64,000 bases of DNA from Candidatus Latescibacterota bacterium (GCA_964291625.2 OZ220089.1:4322554-4386553), one strand, 5' to 3'. Positions 53,381 to 63,234 are shown, counted from the stretch's first letter. Numbers and translations are program-made. Notes: generated by a model not told the origin, from the sequence alone.

Positions 53381-54283
53381 TCAGGGGCTCGCTGCCAGCA
53401 GCTCCTCGACCTCCTCCCGGCTCGGGAGCCCGGCCTGTCCCCCGAGGGCGCGGCAGTTCAGGGCGCCCGCGGCGCAGGCGTAGCGCAGGCTCCGATCCAG
53501 CGGCCAGCCCTGGAGCACTCCGAAGATGAACCCCCCGTGGAAGGCGTCACCGGCTCCGGTGGTGTCGACCACCTCCACCGCGGGCGCCGGGCACTCGACC
53601 GGTCCGCGGGCGTCCTCGGCGGCGGCGCCGTGTTCGCCTCGGGTCAGGACCGCGGTTCTCGCCCCGAGGGCGCGCAGCCGCCGCAGCACCTGCCAGGGCC
53701 CGGCGCCGGGGAGCCAGCGGCGGGCGAAGAACTCGCTCACCACGGCGTAGTCGACCAGGGGCAGCAGCTCCTCCAGGCGGTCGCTCTGCCAGGTGCCGTC
53801 GAGGACGACGGCGGCTCCGCCTTCGCGGGCCCGGCGGGCGGCACCGATGGCGGCGTCGTCGGCGTCGTCGAGGTGCAGGACCCGGGCGCCGGCGACGTCC
53901 TCCGGCCCGAGATCGGCAGCGGACAGGGGCGGAAAGGACTCCGGCCGGGAGACGAAGGCGCGCTCGCCCCCGTCCTCCTCGACGAGCACCAGGACGAGGC
54001 GGGACCGCCCCCGGGCCACGCGCACCCGGGAGACGTCGACGCCCTGCCGCAGAAGCTCCGACCGCGCGAACCCCCCCTCCTCGTCGTCACCCACCTTGCC
54101 GACGAAACGGGTCGAGATCCCGAGGCGCGACAGGCACGCCAAGGCGTTGGGCACGGGGCCGCCGCAGGCGCGCGCGTGGCCCGAGGCCCGGCGGGGCGCG
54201 CCGACGGCGGGCAGTCCCGGCACCCGGAAGAGGTGGTCCACGGTGACCATGCCGAGACCGGCGACGTCGGCGGGGGAGGCCAC
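53381..54283 (-). CDS. PfkB-family carbohydrate kinase
   Basis: ORF-track 300 aa. 'GGPVPNAL' and 'VVDTTGAGDAFHGGF' are present. Confidence 0.85.
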   Translation of the reverse strand: MASPADVAGLGMVTVDHLFRVPGLPAVGAPRRASGHARACGGPVPNALACLSRLGISTRFVGKVGDDEEGGFARSELLRQGVDVSRVRVARGRSRLVLVLVEEDGGERAFVSRPESFPPLSAADLGPEDVAGARVLHLDDADDAAIGAARRAREGGAAVVLDGTWQSDRLEELLPLVDYAVVSEFFARRWLPGAGPWQVLRRLRALGARTAVLTRGEHGAAAEDARGPVECPAPAVEVVDTTGAGDAFHGGFIFGVLQGWPLDRSLRYACAAGALNCRALGGQAGLPSREEVEELLAASP

Positions 54284-54287
54284 GGAT

Positions 54288-55199
54288 TCAGCCCGCGCCG
54301 GCGGTCCCCAGCCGCGCCTCGAGCTCCTCGATCGTCTTCGGCCAGTCGTCCTTCAGCATGCGCGACAACTGACGGTCGGCGAGCACCCGCCCTCCGGTCT
54401 GGCACCGCGGGCAGTAGTTGGTCTCCTTCGAGGCGTAGGCGATCTCCTGAACGGCGGTGCCGCAGACGGGACAGGGCTTGCCGTAGCGGCCGTGGACGGC
54501 CATCTCGGGGCGGAAGGCGGTGACCTTCTCGGGGAAGGCCTGCTCGGCCTCGGCCCGGAGGCGGGCGCACCAGTCCTCCAGGGTCGAGCGCGCGGCCTCG
54601 TAGAGACGCTCGACCTCGTCGTCGCCGAGGCGGGAGGTCCACTTCACCGGCGACAGCCCGGCGGCGTGCAGGATCTCGTCGGAGTAGGCGTTGCCGATGC
54701 CGGAGAACAGCCGCGGGTCGGTGAGGGCCCGCTTGAGGGTGTGGTTGCGGCTTCGCAGGACGCGGGCGAACTCGTCGAGGTCGGCCTCCAGCACCTCCAG
54801 GCCGCCCGGGTCGTGGTCGGCCAGCCCGCCGGCGCCCCGGATCACGTGCAGCGAGGCCCGTTTCTTCGAGCCGGCCTCGGTGACCATCAGCGTTCCCGCG
54901 TCGAAGTGGAAGGCCGCCAGATCGACCCTCCGCGTCGGCCGGGTGCCGGCCTTCTTCCAGTGAAAGCGCCCGGCGATCATCAGGTGGAAGACGAGGAACA
55001 GATCGTCCTCCAGCTCCCAGACGATGCGCTTGCCGATGCGACGGAAGGCGGCCACTCGCTGGCCCTCGGCGGCGTCGAGCCGGGGCTCGACGGAGCGCAC
55101 CAGGAAGGGGCTGCGCAACTGGATCCCCTCGATCACCCGGCCGCGGATCCCGCGCTCGAGGGCGGTCAGGTAGGCGAGGACGTCGGGCAACTCGGGCAT
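54288..55199 (-). CDS. mutM: Formamidopyrimidine-DNA glycosylase
   Basis: ATG at 55199 in frame with ORF 54288..55574. N-terminal 'MPELPDV' and the zinc finger 'CPVCG...(15)...CPRCQ' are present. Confidence 0.9.
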   Translation of the reverse strand: MPELPDVLAYLTALERGIRGRVIEGIQLRSPFLVRSVEPRLDAAEGQRVAAFRRIGKRIVWELEDDLFLVFHLMIAGRFHWKKAGTRPTRRVDLAAFHFDAGTLMVTEAGSKKRASLHVIRGAGGLADHDPGGLEVLEADLDEFARVLRSRNHTLKRALTDPRLFSGIGNAYSDEILHAAGLSPVKWTSRLGDDEVERLYEAARSTLEDWCARLRAEAEQAFPEKVTAFRPEMAVHGRYGKPCPVCGTAVQEIAYASKETNYCPRCQTGGRVLADRQLSRMLKDDWPKTIEELEARLGTAGAG

Positions 55200-55317
55200 G
55201 GCGTTCGGAATCCCCGGGGGCAAATGTGTATACTGAAAACCTCCGGCGCCACGAGCGGCGCCGAGGCGCGCCGCCCCCAGCTCCGGGAGCGGCTTTCCCG
55301 CAAGGGGGATACGGAGG

Positions 55318-55821
55318 ATGGACGCGGTGGCCGTGGTGCTCATGGGCGTCACCGGATGCGGCAAGACCACCGTGGGCCGCCTCCTCGAAGAGCGCCTCGG
55401 CTGGCCCTTCCTCGACGGCGACGACTTCCACCCCGAGGCCAACGTGGCCAGGATGGCCGCCGGCATCCCCCTGCGCGACGAGGACCGCTGGCCCTGGCTC
55501 CGCCGGCTGTCCGATGAGATCGGCGGGCGCCTGGACGCCGGCCGCAGCTGCCTCCTCGGCTGCTCGGCCCTCAAGGAGAGCTACCGGGCCGTCCTGCGCG
55601 GCGACTGCGCAGACCGGGTCCGCTTCGTCCATCTCTCGGCCCCGGAGGCGCTGATCGCCGATCGCCTGCGCGGCCGCGTGCACCGCTACATGCCCGCCGG
55701 CCTCCTGCGCAGCCAGTTCGAGGCCCTCGAGCCGCCCCTCGACGCGGCTCTCGTGGACGTCTCCGGCACCCCGGAAGAGGCGGCCTCCGCCGTGGTGGCG
55801 GCCCTCGGCCTCCCGGCCTGA
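55318..55821 (+). CDS. gntK: Gluconokinase
   Basis: ORF-track 167 aa: '[13 protein letters not shown]', '[31 protein letters not shown]'. Confidence 0.85.
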   Translation: MDAVAVVLMGVTGCGKTTVGRLLEERLGWPFLDGDDFHPEANVARMAAGIPLRDEDRWPWLRRLSDEIGGRLDAGRSCLLGCSALKESYRAVLRGDCADRVRFVHLSAPEALIADRLRGRVHRYMPAGLLRSQFEALEPPLDAALVDVSGTPEEAASAVVAALGLPA

Positions 55822-55899
55822 GGCCGGGTTCCAGGTGCCGCGATCACCGGACCCAACCGTGGCCGGCGTGCAAGCGGCCCCGGGCCTGTCCTGTCTCGA

Positions 55900-57615
55900 T
55901 CAGAACGTCCGGTAGACGTAGAGCAGGTACGCCGCCAGGACCCCGACCACGACGAGGACGGAGGTGCTGGTGAGCCAGGTCCGTCCCGCCCAGGCGGAGG
56001 GTCCGTGATGGGCGTGGAGGAAGCCGATCGTCCAGGCGGTCAGACCCCGGCCCGCCCCTGAGAACCCCTCTCGCAGCGGCGCCGTGAGAGTCCCGAGTCC
56101 CTCGATTCCCCGGGGCAGCAGCTTCCGCCCCAGCCAGTCGGCGTCGAGGTTCACCCCGCGCAGCTCGGGTGGGTAGAGGTGGGTCAGCTTGAGGGCGGCG
56201 AAGGCGAGGGCCGAGAAGAACAGGAGCTGCAGCTGGTGCAGGACGTGGCTCGGCTCGAACGGGTGGTACGGGGTGCCGTCGGAGAACACCACGGGGTAGG
56301 GCAGGAGACCGTAGAGGACCCCCGGCCAGATGCCGTTGAAGAGGCAGACGGCGGCCCCGAGGCCCATGGCGATCAGCATGTTCCGCGGCGCCTCCCGGCA
56401 GCGGATGCCGGCGTCGTGGGAGAAGAAGGCGAAGAAGGGGATCTTGATGCCGGCGTGATGGAAGACCCCCGCCGAGGCGAAGAGGAGCATGAGCCAGAGC
56501 GCGACATGCCCCTGGTGGGCGGCCTCGGCCATGACCATCGACTTGCTGACGAAGCCGCTGAAGAGGGGGAAGGCCGAGATCGACGAGGCGCCGACGATGC
56601 AGAACCCCGCCGTCCACGGCATCGACTTGTAGAGGCCCCCCAGGTCGGAGCCGTTCATCCGTCCCGTGCGCAGCAGGACGGCCCCCATGGACATGAACAG
56701 CACGCCCTTGAAGAACACGTCGTTGAAGGCGTGGGCCACGGCGCCGTTGACCCCCAGCCCCTCGCCGAGGCCGACGCCGACGACCATGAAGCCGATCTGG
56801 TTGATCATGCTGTAGCCGAGGACCCGGCGCAGGTCGTTCTCGATGACGGCGAAGAAGATGGGGAAGAGGGTCATCACCGCCCCGATCCAGATCAGCACCT
56901 CGGCGCCGGCGAACCCGCGGGCCAGGCAGTAGACGGCGGCCTTGGTGGTGAAGGCGGAGAGGAAGACGGTGCCCGTGGGCGTCGCCTCCGGATAGGCGTC
57001 GATGAGCCACGTATGCAGCAGGGGGAAGGCGCACTTGACGCCGATGGCCAGCAGCAGCAGCCAGGCCGCCAGGCCTTCGAGCTCCATGGGTCCGAAGGCC
57101 AGGGAGCCGGTCTCGTGGTAGTGCAGCGCGGCCCCGGCCAGCAGCAGCAGCCCCGAGGTGACGTGAACCAGCAGGTAGCGCATCCCCGCCCCCAGGGCGC
57201 GCTCGCTCCGCCGGGCCCAGATCTGGAAGACCGAGGTGACGGCCAGCAGCTCCCAGAACAGGAAGAGGGTGACCAGGTCGCCGGCGAAGACGGCGCCCAC
57301 GGCGCTGCCGGCGTAGATCAGGCCCGTCGTCGGCTGCAGCCAGTCCTTCAGGTGCAGGGCGTAGACGGCGCCCACGAGGGCCGCCAGGTGGAAGAGGTAT
57401 CCGAAGATCAGGCTGAGCCGGTCGACGCGCAGCACGTGCAGCTCGACGCCGGCCAGCTCCAGGCGCAGCTCGGCTCCCGCCTCCAGCCCCAGGAGGTTGA
57501 GAAAGCCGGCCAGGGGGAGTACCACCGTGGCCGCCCCCCGCCAGGGGCCCCGCAGCAGCGGCAGCACCAGCCCTCCCGCCACCAGGATGAGGGCGGGGTG
57601 GAGGCTACCGCTCAT
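55900..57615 (-). CDS. NuoL/M/N-type antiporter-like subunit (MrpD/MrpA-like, 571 aa)
   Basis: ORF-track 571 aa, polytopic. 'DLVTLFLFWELLAVTS' and 'KAAVYCLARG' are typical of proton-conducting membrane transporter subunits. Confidence 0.8.
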   Translation of the reverse strand: MSGSLHPALILVAGGLVLPLLRGPWRGAATVVLPLAGFLNLLGLEAGAELRLELAGVELHVLRVDRLSLIFGYLFHLAALVGAVYALHLKDWLQPTTGLIYAGSAVGAVFAGDLVTLFLFWELLAVTSVFQIWARRSERALGAGMRYLLVHVTSGLLLLAGAALHYHETGSLAFGPMELEGLAAWLLLLAIGVKCAFPLLHTWLIDAYPEATPTGTVFLSAFTTKAAVYCLARGFAGAEVLIWIGAVMTLFPIFFAVIENDLRRVLGYSMINQIGFMVVGVGLGEGLGVNGAVAHAFNDVFFKGVLFMSMGAVLLRTGRMNGSDLGGLYKSMPWTAGFCIVGASSISAFPLFSGFVSKSMVMAEAAHQGHVALWLMLLFASAGVFHHAGIKIPFFAFFSHDAGIRCREAPRNMLIAMGLGAAVCLFNGIWPGVLYGLLPYPVVFSDGTPYHPFEPSHVLHQLQLLFFSALAFAALKLTHLYPPELRGVNLDADWLGRKLLPRGIEGLGTLTAPLREGFSGAGRGLTAWTIGFLHAHHGPSAWAGRTWLTSTSVLVVVGVLAAYLLYVYRTF

Positions 57616-57871
57616 AGTAGTCCTCGCCGCGCATGAGGAACTTGCGCATCTGCCGGGCCGCCAGGACCAGCAGCACGCAGGCGACGAACCCGTAGACCGG
57701 GTAGAAGCCGTACCAGCCCTCGGTGCCGAAGACGCCCTCCCGGAAGCTCAGGTGGCCGTGGATGAGGAAATCGATCACCAGGAGGACGGCGCAGCAGGCG
57801 AAGAGGAGCCGGATGATGCGCTTCACGTTGCGCGCGTCGTCGAAGAGGTGGCGCTTTCCGGAGGGTTCCAT
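57605..57871 (-). CDS. Small two-TM protein embedded in the Mrp cluster
   Basis: ORF-track 88 aa. It overlaps the downstream subunit by 11 nt and starts 3 nt after the upstream stop. Confidence 0.5.
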   Translation of the reverse strand: MEPSGKRHLFDDARNVKRIIRLLFACCAVLLVIDFLIHGHLSFREGVFGTEGWYGFYPVYGFVACVLLVLAARQMRKFLMRGEDYYER

Positions 57872-57874
57872 CGT

Positions 57875-59350
57875 TCAGTCTCCCGCGAGGCCGGGGGCCA
57901 GTGCCGCCAGGAACCGGTAGATGGGCCCGGCCTGGAAGAACAGGACCACGCACCCCAGGGCCGTGAGCGCCAGCGCCGCCACGCACGGCAGCGGCGCCTC
58001 TCGGAGGCCCGCGCCCTCTTCCTCCCCTTCGGAGCGGGAGAAGAAAGCGCGCACCGGGATCGGCACGAGATAGGCGATGTTGAGGAGGGAGCTGACCATC
58101 AGCACGGCGACGAAGACGAGCTGGTCGGCCTCCAGGGCCCCGAGGAACAGGTACCACTTGCTCCACAGCCCGCCCAGCGGGGGCAGGCCGATGACGCACA
58201 GGGCCCCCACGAGGAAGGCGGCCATGGTGAAGGGCATCCGCCGTCCGATGCCGCCCATGTCGCTGACCTCGGTCTTGTGGAGGGCCACGTCGATGGCGCC
58301 GGCGCAGAAGAACAGGGTGATCTTGCCGAAGGCGTGCATGACGATGTGCATGGCGCCGCCGACCACGGCCAGGGGCGTGGCCAGGGCCGCTCCGAGGACG
58401 ATGTAGGAGAGCTGGCTCACCGTGGAGTAGGCGAGCCTCGCCTTGAGGTTGTCCCGGGTCATGGCCACCAGCGAGGCCGCCAGGACCGTGGCCCCGGCGA
58501 CGTACATGAGCCACACGCTGGCGCCGGTCTCGCCCAGGTAGTCGAGGCCGAAGACATAGACCAGCAGCTTCAGGATGGTGAACACCCCCGCCTTGACCAC
58601 GGCCACCGCGTGCAGCAGGGCGCTCACCGGCGCCGGGGCCACCATCGCCGCCGGCAGCCACCGGTGAAAGGGCATGATCGCCGCCTTGCCGGTGCCGAAG
58701 GCGAACAGGCCCAGGAGCAGGTACAGGGCGGGCCCGTCGACCTTGCCGGCCAGGATCCCCCCCGGCTCGAAGTCGAGGGTGCCGGCGGCGGCGTAGGTCC
58801 AGACCACGGCCAGCAGCAGGAGTCCCACCGACGTGGCCATGAGGATCCCCAGGTAGAGGCGCCCTCCCGCCCGGGCCTCGTCCGTGCGACGGTGGGTGAC
58901 CAGGGGATAGGTGGAGAGCGTGAGGACCTCGTAGAAGATGAACAGCGTCAGGAGGTTGCCGGCGAAGGCCACGCCCAGGGCGGCGCTGATGGCGACGGCG
59001 AAGAAGAAGAAGAACCGGGTCTGGTTCTGCTCGTGGTGGCCGCGCATGTAGCCGATGCCGTAGAGGGTGGTGACGGTCCACAGGCCGGAGGCCACGAGGG
59101 CGAAGATCATCCCCAGGGGCTCGGCGTGGAAGGCGAGATGCAGGCCCGGCACGACCTCGAGCAGGACCGCCTCCGGGACCCGGCCGGCGGCCACGGCGGG
59201 CATCAGGCTGAGGACCACCGCGAAGGTGGCGCCCCCCGCAACCAGGCTCAGGCCGTCCCGCAGGTTCGGCCGCCCCCCGGCCAGGGCCACCAACCCCGCG
59301 GCCAAGGCCGGCAGCAGGACGGCCAGCAGGAGGGAGGTCTCGGCGGTCAC
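57875..59350 (-). CDS. mrpD: Na+/H+ antiporter subunit D-like (NuoM/N family)
   Basis: Part of ORF 57875..59632. GTG at 59350 overlaps the upstream stop (GTGA). 'NLLTLFIFYEVLTLSTYPLV' and 'GKAAIMPFHRWLP' are present. Confidence 0.8.
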   Translation of the reverse strand: MTAETSLLLAVLLPALAAGLVALAGGRPNLRDGLSLVAGGATFAVVLSLMPAVAAGRVPEAVLLEVVPGLHLAFHAEPLGMIFALVASGLWTVTTLYGIGYMRGHHEQNQTRFFFFFAVAISAALGVAFAGNLLTLFIFYEVLTLSTYPLVTHRRTDEARAGGRLYLGILMATSVGLLLLAVVWTYAAAGTLDFEPGGILAGKVDGPALYLLLGLFAFGTGKAAIMPFHRWLPAAMVAPAPVSALLHAVAVVKAGVFTILKLLVYVFGLDYLGETGASVWLMYVAGATVLAASLVAMTRDNLKARLAYSTVSQLSYIVLGAALATPLAVVGGAMHIVMHAFGKITLFFCAGAIDVALHKTEVSDMGGIGRRMPFTMAAFLVGALCVIGLPPLGGLWSKWYLFLGALEADQLVFVAVLMVSSLLNIAYLVPIPVRAFFSRSEGEEEGAGLREAPLPCVAALALTALGCVVLFFQAGPIYRFLAALAPGLAGD

Positions 59351-60834
59351 GGCGCCAGACCTGCCATGAGCACCTCCGCGCCCCGGCGGGCGACACCGGC
59401 GGTGAACACGGCGGTGATCCCGAACCAGAGGGTGGCGCCCACCAGGATCCAGGTCGGCGCCAGCATGGACACGGGCGCCTCTCCGGCCTCGGCGGTGCGG
59501 CCCTCGGGGGGCTGGAAGTAGGCCGCCTCCACCACCCGCCAGACGTAGGCCACGGCGATCAGGGAGCCGAGGAGGACGAGGACCGCCAGCGGCCACCAGC
59601 CGCGCTCGACGGCCGCCAGAACCAGGTACCACTTGCTGACGAAACCCGCCGTGAGGGGCACCCCGATCAGGCTCAGCCCGCCGAGGACGACGGCCGCCGT
59701 GGTCAGCGGCATGCGCCGTCCGATACCCCGCAGGTCGTCGAGCTCACAGGCGCCGAGGCGGGCCACCATGCAGCCCACGGCGAGGAACAGGGCGCCCTTG
59801 GTCACGGCGTGGTTGAAGAGGTGCACCAGGGTCGCCGTCAGCCCCGTGGCCGAGCCCAGCCCGACGCCGACCATCATGTAGCCGACCTGGGCGATGCTCG
59901 ACCAGGCGAGGAGGCGCTTGAGGTTCTCCTGGAAGACGGCGACCAGGGAGGCGACGAAGACGCCCGCCAGCCCCAGGGCGACGAGCAGCACGTCCATGCC
60001 CAGGGTCCCGAAGGAGAAGGCGGGGCCGAAGATCCCGTAGTAGAACCGCAGGAAGACATAGACCGACACCTTGGTGGCCGTCGCCGCCAGCAGGGCGGTC
60101 ACCGCCGAAGGGGCGTAGGCATAGGCGTTGGGCAGCCACAGATGCAGCGGGAAGAGGGCCAGCTTCAGGCCGATTCCGACGGTGAGGAAGGCGAAGGCGG
60201 CCAGCACCGTGCGCGTGTGCATCACCGGCTGCAGACGCTGGGCCAGATCGACCATGTTCAGGGTGCCCGTCATCATGTAGAGCAGGCCGATGCCGATGAC
60301 GAAGAAGGTGGCCCCCACCGTCCCCATGATGAGGTACTGGAAGGAGGCGCTCAGGGCGCGCCGGTCGCGGCCGAGGGCGATGAGGGTATAGCTCGAGAGG
60401 GAGGAGATCTCGAGGAAGACGAAGAGGTTGAAGACATCCCCCGTGATCGCCATCCCCATGAGTCCGGTGTGGCAGAGGAGGTAGGCGCTGTAGAACAGGT
60501 TGCCCCGGATACCGTCCAGCTCGGCGGCGAGGCTGCGCGGCGTGTAGAGCAGGACCACGCCGCCGATGAGGGCCACCAGGAGGACGACGAAGGCGTTGAC
60601 CGGGTCGACGCGGTACTCGATCCCCCAGGGCGGCTCCCAGCCGCCGAGAGCGTAGACGACGACGCCTTCCGCCAGGGCCCGGTGGAGCAGCAGCGCGGCG
60701 AGGCCGAAGGCGGTCCAGGCGGCGCCCAGGGCCAAGCCCCAGCTCCAGCCGCGTCGGCGCAGGAGGATGCAGACCGGCGATGCCGCGAGGGGCACGACGA
60801 TCTGCAGGACCGGCAGGTGCTCGGAGAGACTCAC
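59347..60834 (-). CDS. mrpD: Na+/H+ antiporter subunit D-like (NuoM/N family)
   Basis: ORF-track 495 aa. Its GTG start overlaps the mrpC stop. 'DVFNLFVFLEISSLSSY' and 'LKLALFPLHLWLPNAY' are present. Confidence 0.8.
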   Translation of the reverse strand: MSLSEHLPVLQIVVPLAASPVCILLRRRGWSWGLALGAAWTAFGLAALLLHRALAEGVVVYALGGWEPPWGIEYRVDPVNAFVVLLVALIGGVVLLYTPRSLAAELDGIRGNLFYSAYLLCHTGLMGMAITGDVFNLFVFLEISSLSSYTLIALGRDRRALSASFQYLIMGTVGATFFVIGIGLLYMMTGTLNMVDLAQRLQPVMHTRTVLAAFAFLTVGIGLKLALFPLHLWLPNAYAYAPSAVTALLAATATKVSVYVFLRFYYGIFGPAFSFGTLGMDVLLVALGLAGVFVASLVAVFQENLKRLLAWSSIAQVGYMMVGVGLGSATGLTATLVHLFNHAVTKGALFLAVGCMVARLGACELDDLRGIGRRMPLTTAAVVLGGLSLIGVPLTAGFVSKWYLVLAAVERGWWPLAVLVLLGSLIAVAYVWRVVEAAYFQPPEGRTAEAGEAPVSMLAPTWILVGATLWFGITAVFTAGVARRGAEVLMAGLAP

Positions 60835-61178
60835 CCGGAGTCGGCCGCGTGGATCTCGTCCTCCTCCACGGTGCCGTAGGCCTCCTGGATGCGGACGATG
60901 AGGGCCAGGCCCAGGGCCGTCGTGGCGATGCCGACGACGATGGCGGTGAGGATGAGGACGTGGGGCAGGGGATTGGAGTAGGCGGCGCCCGCCTCCGTGA
61001 GGATCGGCGCCGTCCCTCCCTCGATCTTGCCCATGGTGATGTAGAGGATGAAGACCGAGGTCTGGAAGAGGCCCAGTCCGACCATCTTCTTGATCAGGTT
61101 TCGGCTCGACATGACGATGTAGAAGCCGGTCATCATCAGGAAGATGACGACCCAGTAGTTGATCAGTCCGACGTGCAC
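60831..61178 (-). CDS. mrpC: Na+/H+ antiporter subunit C (NuoK-like)
   Basis: ORF-track 115 aa: 'NLIKKMVGLGLFQTSVFILY'. Confidence 0.8.
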   Translation of the reverse strand: MHVGLINYWVVIFLMMTGFYIVMSSRNLIKKMVGLGLFQTSVFILYITMGKIEGGTAPILTEAGAAYSNPLPHVLILTAIVVGIATTALGLALIVRIQEAYGTVEEDEIHAADSG

Positions 61179-61597
61179 GGCTCCCCCTTGCGTCCGGCGA
61201 AGGCGAGGAAGACGGCGATCATCACCGCGGCCACGGTGAGGCCCACCCCGAGCTCGACGAGCAGGATGCCGTGGTGCTGGCCCTCCACGGGATCGCCGGC
61301 GAGGACGTCGTAGTCGAGGAATCGGCCCCCCATGAACAGCCCCGCCAGGCCGGTCCCCGCGAAGAGCAGCACCCCGGCGGCGATACCCGCCTCGAGCAGG
61401 CGGGCGGGGGCGACCCGCCGCGCCGCCTCGACGCCGAAGACGAGGGTGTAGAGCACGAAGGCGGCGGCGAAGATCACCCCGGCCTGGAACCCGCCGCCCG
61501 GGCCGTAGTCGCCGTGGAACTGCACGTAGAGGCCGAAGAGGAGGATGAAGGGGATCAGGAGCTTGGCCACGACCCGGAGGATGAGATGGTGGCTCAC
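61163..61597 (-). CDS. mrpB: Na+/H+ antiporter subunit B (MnhB domain)
   Basis: ORF-track 144 aa: 'FHGDYGPGGGFQAGVIFAAAF'. Confidence 0.8.
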   Translation of the reverse strand: MSHHLILRVVAKLLIPFILLFGLYVQFHGDYGPGGGFQAGVIFAAAFVLYTLVFGVEAARRVAPARLLEAGIAAGVLLFAGTGLAGLFMGGRFLDYDVLAGDPVEGQHHGILLVELGVGLTVAAVMIAVFLAFAGRKGEPCTSD

Positions 61598-62130
61598 GGG
61601 GCGTCCCGGCTCCGCCGGCGGCCCCCCAGGAGCAGCAGAACCCCGACGCCGGCGGTGAAGATCACGGTCAGCTCGCCGAGGGTGTCGTAGCCCCGGTAGC
61701 TGGCCAGCACGGAGGTGACGATGTTGGGCACGCCGATCTCCTCTCCCGACCGCTCGATGTAGCGCGGGGCCACATGCTGGTGGACCGGGGCCCCGGGGTC
61801 CCCGTAGCGCGGCATGTCGAGGGTGGCGAAGACCAGAGCCGCCCCCGTGATGACCACCACGAGGAGGGGAACGACCGTCGGATGGCCGGACTCCTCCCGC
61901 CTCGTCGTCAGCAGCATGGTGCCGAGGAAGATCACCGTGGAGACGCCGGCGCCCACGGCGGCCTCGGTGAAGGCCACGTCCACGGCGTCGAGTACCGTGA
62001 AGAGGGCGGCCGAGACGAGGCTGTAGAAGCCCATGAAGACGACAACGGCCAGGAGGTTGCGGAGGCGGGCCACGGCCACGGCGATGCCGGCCAGGAAGAG
62101 GAGGAGGCTGAGGTCGATCAGCCCGGTCAA
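61594..62130 (-). CDS. DUF4040 / MbhD-MbhE-like subunit (equivalent to the MrpA C-terminal region)
   Basis: Part of ORF 61594..62292. TTG at 62130 overlaps the mrpG stop (TTGA). 'AVDVAFTEAAVGAGVSTV' and 'NIVTSVLASYRGYDTLGE' are present. Confidence 0.7.
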   Translation of the reverse strand: MTGLIDLSLLLFLAGIAVAVARLRNLLAVVVFMGFYSLVSAALFTVLDAVDVAFTEAAVGAGVSTVIFLGTMLLTTRREESGHPTVVPLLVVVITGAALVFATLDMPRYGDPGAPVHQHVAPRYIERSGEEIGVPNIVTSVLASYRGYDTLGELTVIFTAGVGVLLLLGGRRRSRDAP

Positions 62131-62468
62131 GAGGGCTCGTCCTCTTGACCGGCGTGGGGTTCCTCCGTCTCGGGGGTGTACGGCTCCAGCCCGTCCTCGA
62201 GGGCGGCCCTGGCGATGGCGTGAGCCGCCGTCGGACTGGTGATCCACAGGAGGCCGAGGACGAAGGCCAGCTTCACCAGCACCAGCGTCCATCCCGCCTG
62301 CAGCATCAGCCCCCCGAGAACCAGTCCCGCGCCCAGGGTGTCGGTGACGCCCGCTCCGTGCATGCGGCTGAAGAAGTCCGGCAGCCGGTGGAGCCCGATG
62401 CCGCCGACGACGCAGAAGAACGCCCCCGACATCAGCAGGGCCCAGCTGGCCAGGTCGATGAAATCCAT
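62127..62468 (-). CDS. mrpG: Na+/H+ antiporter subunit G
   Basis: ATG at 62468 within ORF 62127..62645: 'FFCVVGGIGLHRLPDFFSRMHGAGVTDTLG'. Confidence 0.8.
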   Translation of the reverse strand: MDFIDLASWALLMSGAFFCVVGGIGLHRLPDFFSRMHGAGVTDTLGAGLVLGGLMLQAGWTLVLVKLAFVLGLLWITSPTAAHAIARAALEDGLEPYTPETEEPHAGQEDEPS

Positions 62469-62470
62469 GG

Positions 62471-62749
62471 TCAGCGGCGGCTCACTCGTCCGGGGCCGAA
62501 GAAGCTCCCGTACTGGACGAACTTCAGGATCGCCACGGTGGAGATGAAGTTGAGGAGGACGTAGATCAGGGCGAGGTCGAGGAACTCGGGCCGCCCCGTG
62601 AGGAACCCGAGGACGGCGATGAGCAGGACCGTCTTGGTGCCGCACATGTTGGCCCCGAGGACGCGGTCGTACACCGTCGGACCGAGGGCGGTGCGCGCCA
62701 GGGCCAGGGCCATGGTGAACAGCACGGCGGCCATGGTGGCTGCGAACAT
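62471..62749 (-). CDS. mrpF: Na+/H+ antiporter subunit F
   Basis: ATG at 62749 within ORF 62471..63307. 92 aa: 'GPTVYDRVLGANMCGTKTVLLIAV'. Confidence 0.75.
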   Translation of the reverse strand: MFAATMAAVLFTMALALARTALGPTVYDRVLGANMCGTKTVLLIAVLGFLTGRPEFLDLALIYVLLNFISTVAILKFVQYGSFFGPGRVSRR

Positions 62750-62754
62750 GGCTC

Positions 62755-63234
62755 TCAGTCCGCCGGGCCTTCGAGGCTGCGCACCCGCCGGTCCATCCGG
62801 CCCGCCTCCAGCTCCTCGGCGGCCTCCCGGGTCAGGGCGTGGACGGTGAATTCCTCGCCGTCGGCATCGCAGGTCAGGGTCCCCGGAGTCAGGGTGATGG
62901 AGTTGGCGTAGATCGCGCGGCCGAGGCTCGTCCTCTGTCCGGGCCGGACCCGCAGCATGCGCGGGGCGACAGGCGGTCCCGGCCGCAGGATGCGGAGGGC
63001 CACGTCGATGTTGGACCGCAAGAGGGCCCGGATCAGCCAGGGGAGATAGAGCAGCAGGCGCGGTGTCAGGTGCAGAGGCACCACTTCCTCGTCGAGCAGT
63101 TCCATGCGCCGGACGATGAGGACGACGAGAAGGCAGGATCCGGCGCCGCAGGCCAGCAGCAGGAGGGTGTAGTGGTTGGACCAGAGGAGCCAGGATGCGC
63201 AACAGGCGAGGCCCAGGCTGACGGCGCGTATCAA
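62755..63234 (-). CDS. mrpE: Na+/H+ antiporter subunit E
   Basis: Part of ORF 62755..63615. A TTG at 63234 gives 159 aa. 'IYANSITLTPGTLTCD' is typical of MnhE. The start is uncertain. Confidence 0.65.
   Translation of the reverse strand: MIRAVSLGLACCASWLLWSNHYTLLLLACGAGSCLLVVLIVRRMELLDEEVVPLHLTPRLLLYLPWLIRALLRSNIDVALRILRPGPPVAPRMLRVRPGQRTSLGRAIYANSITLTPGTLTCDADGEEFTVHALTREAAEELEAGRMDRRVRSLEGPAD

Noticed and set aside
61137-61625. Apparent 1-nt frameshift in mrpC and mrpB when I hand-indexed the printed sequence (an extra g at the 61140/61141 line break and a missing g at 61620/61621)
   Set aside because: The ORF-track translations on both strands (60831..61178, 61163..61597, 60780..61313) are continuous across these points. 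The offset is most likely my own reading error at the line breaks. ORF-track coordinates were used here.
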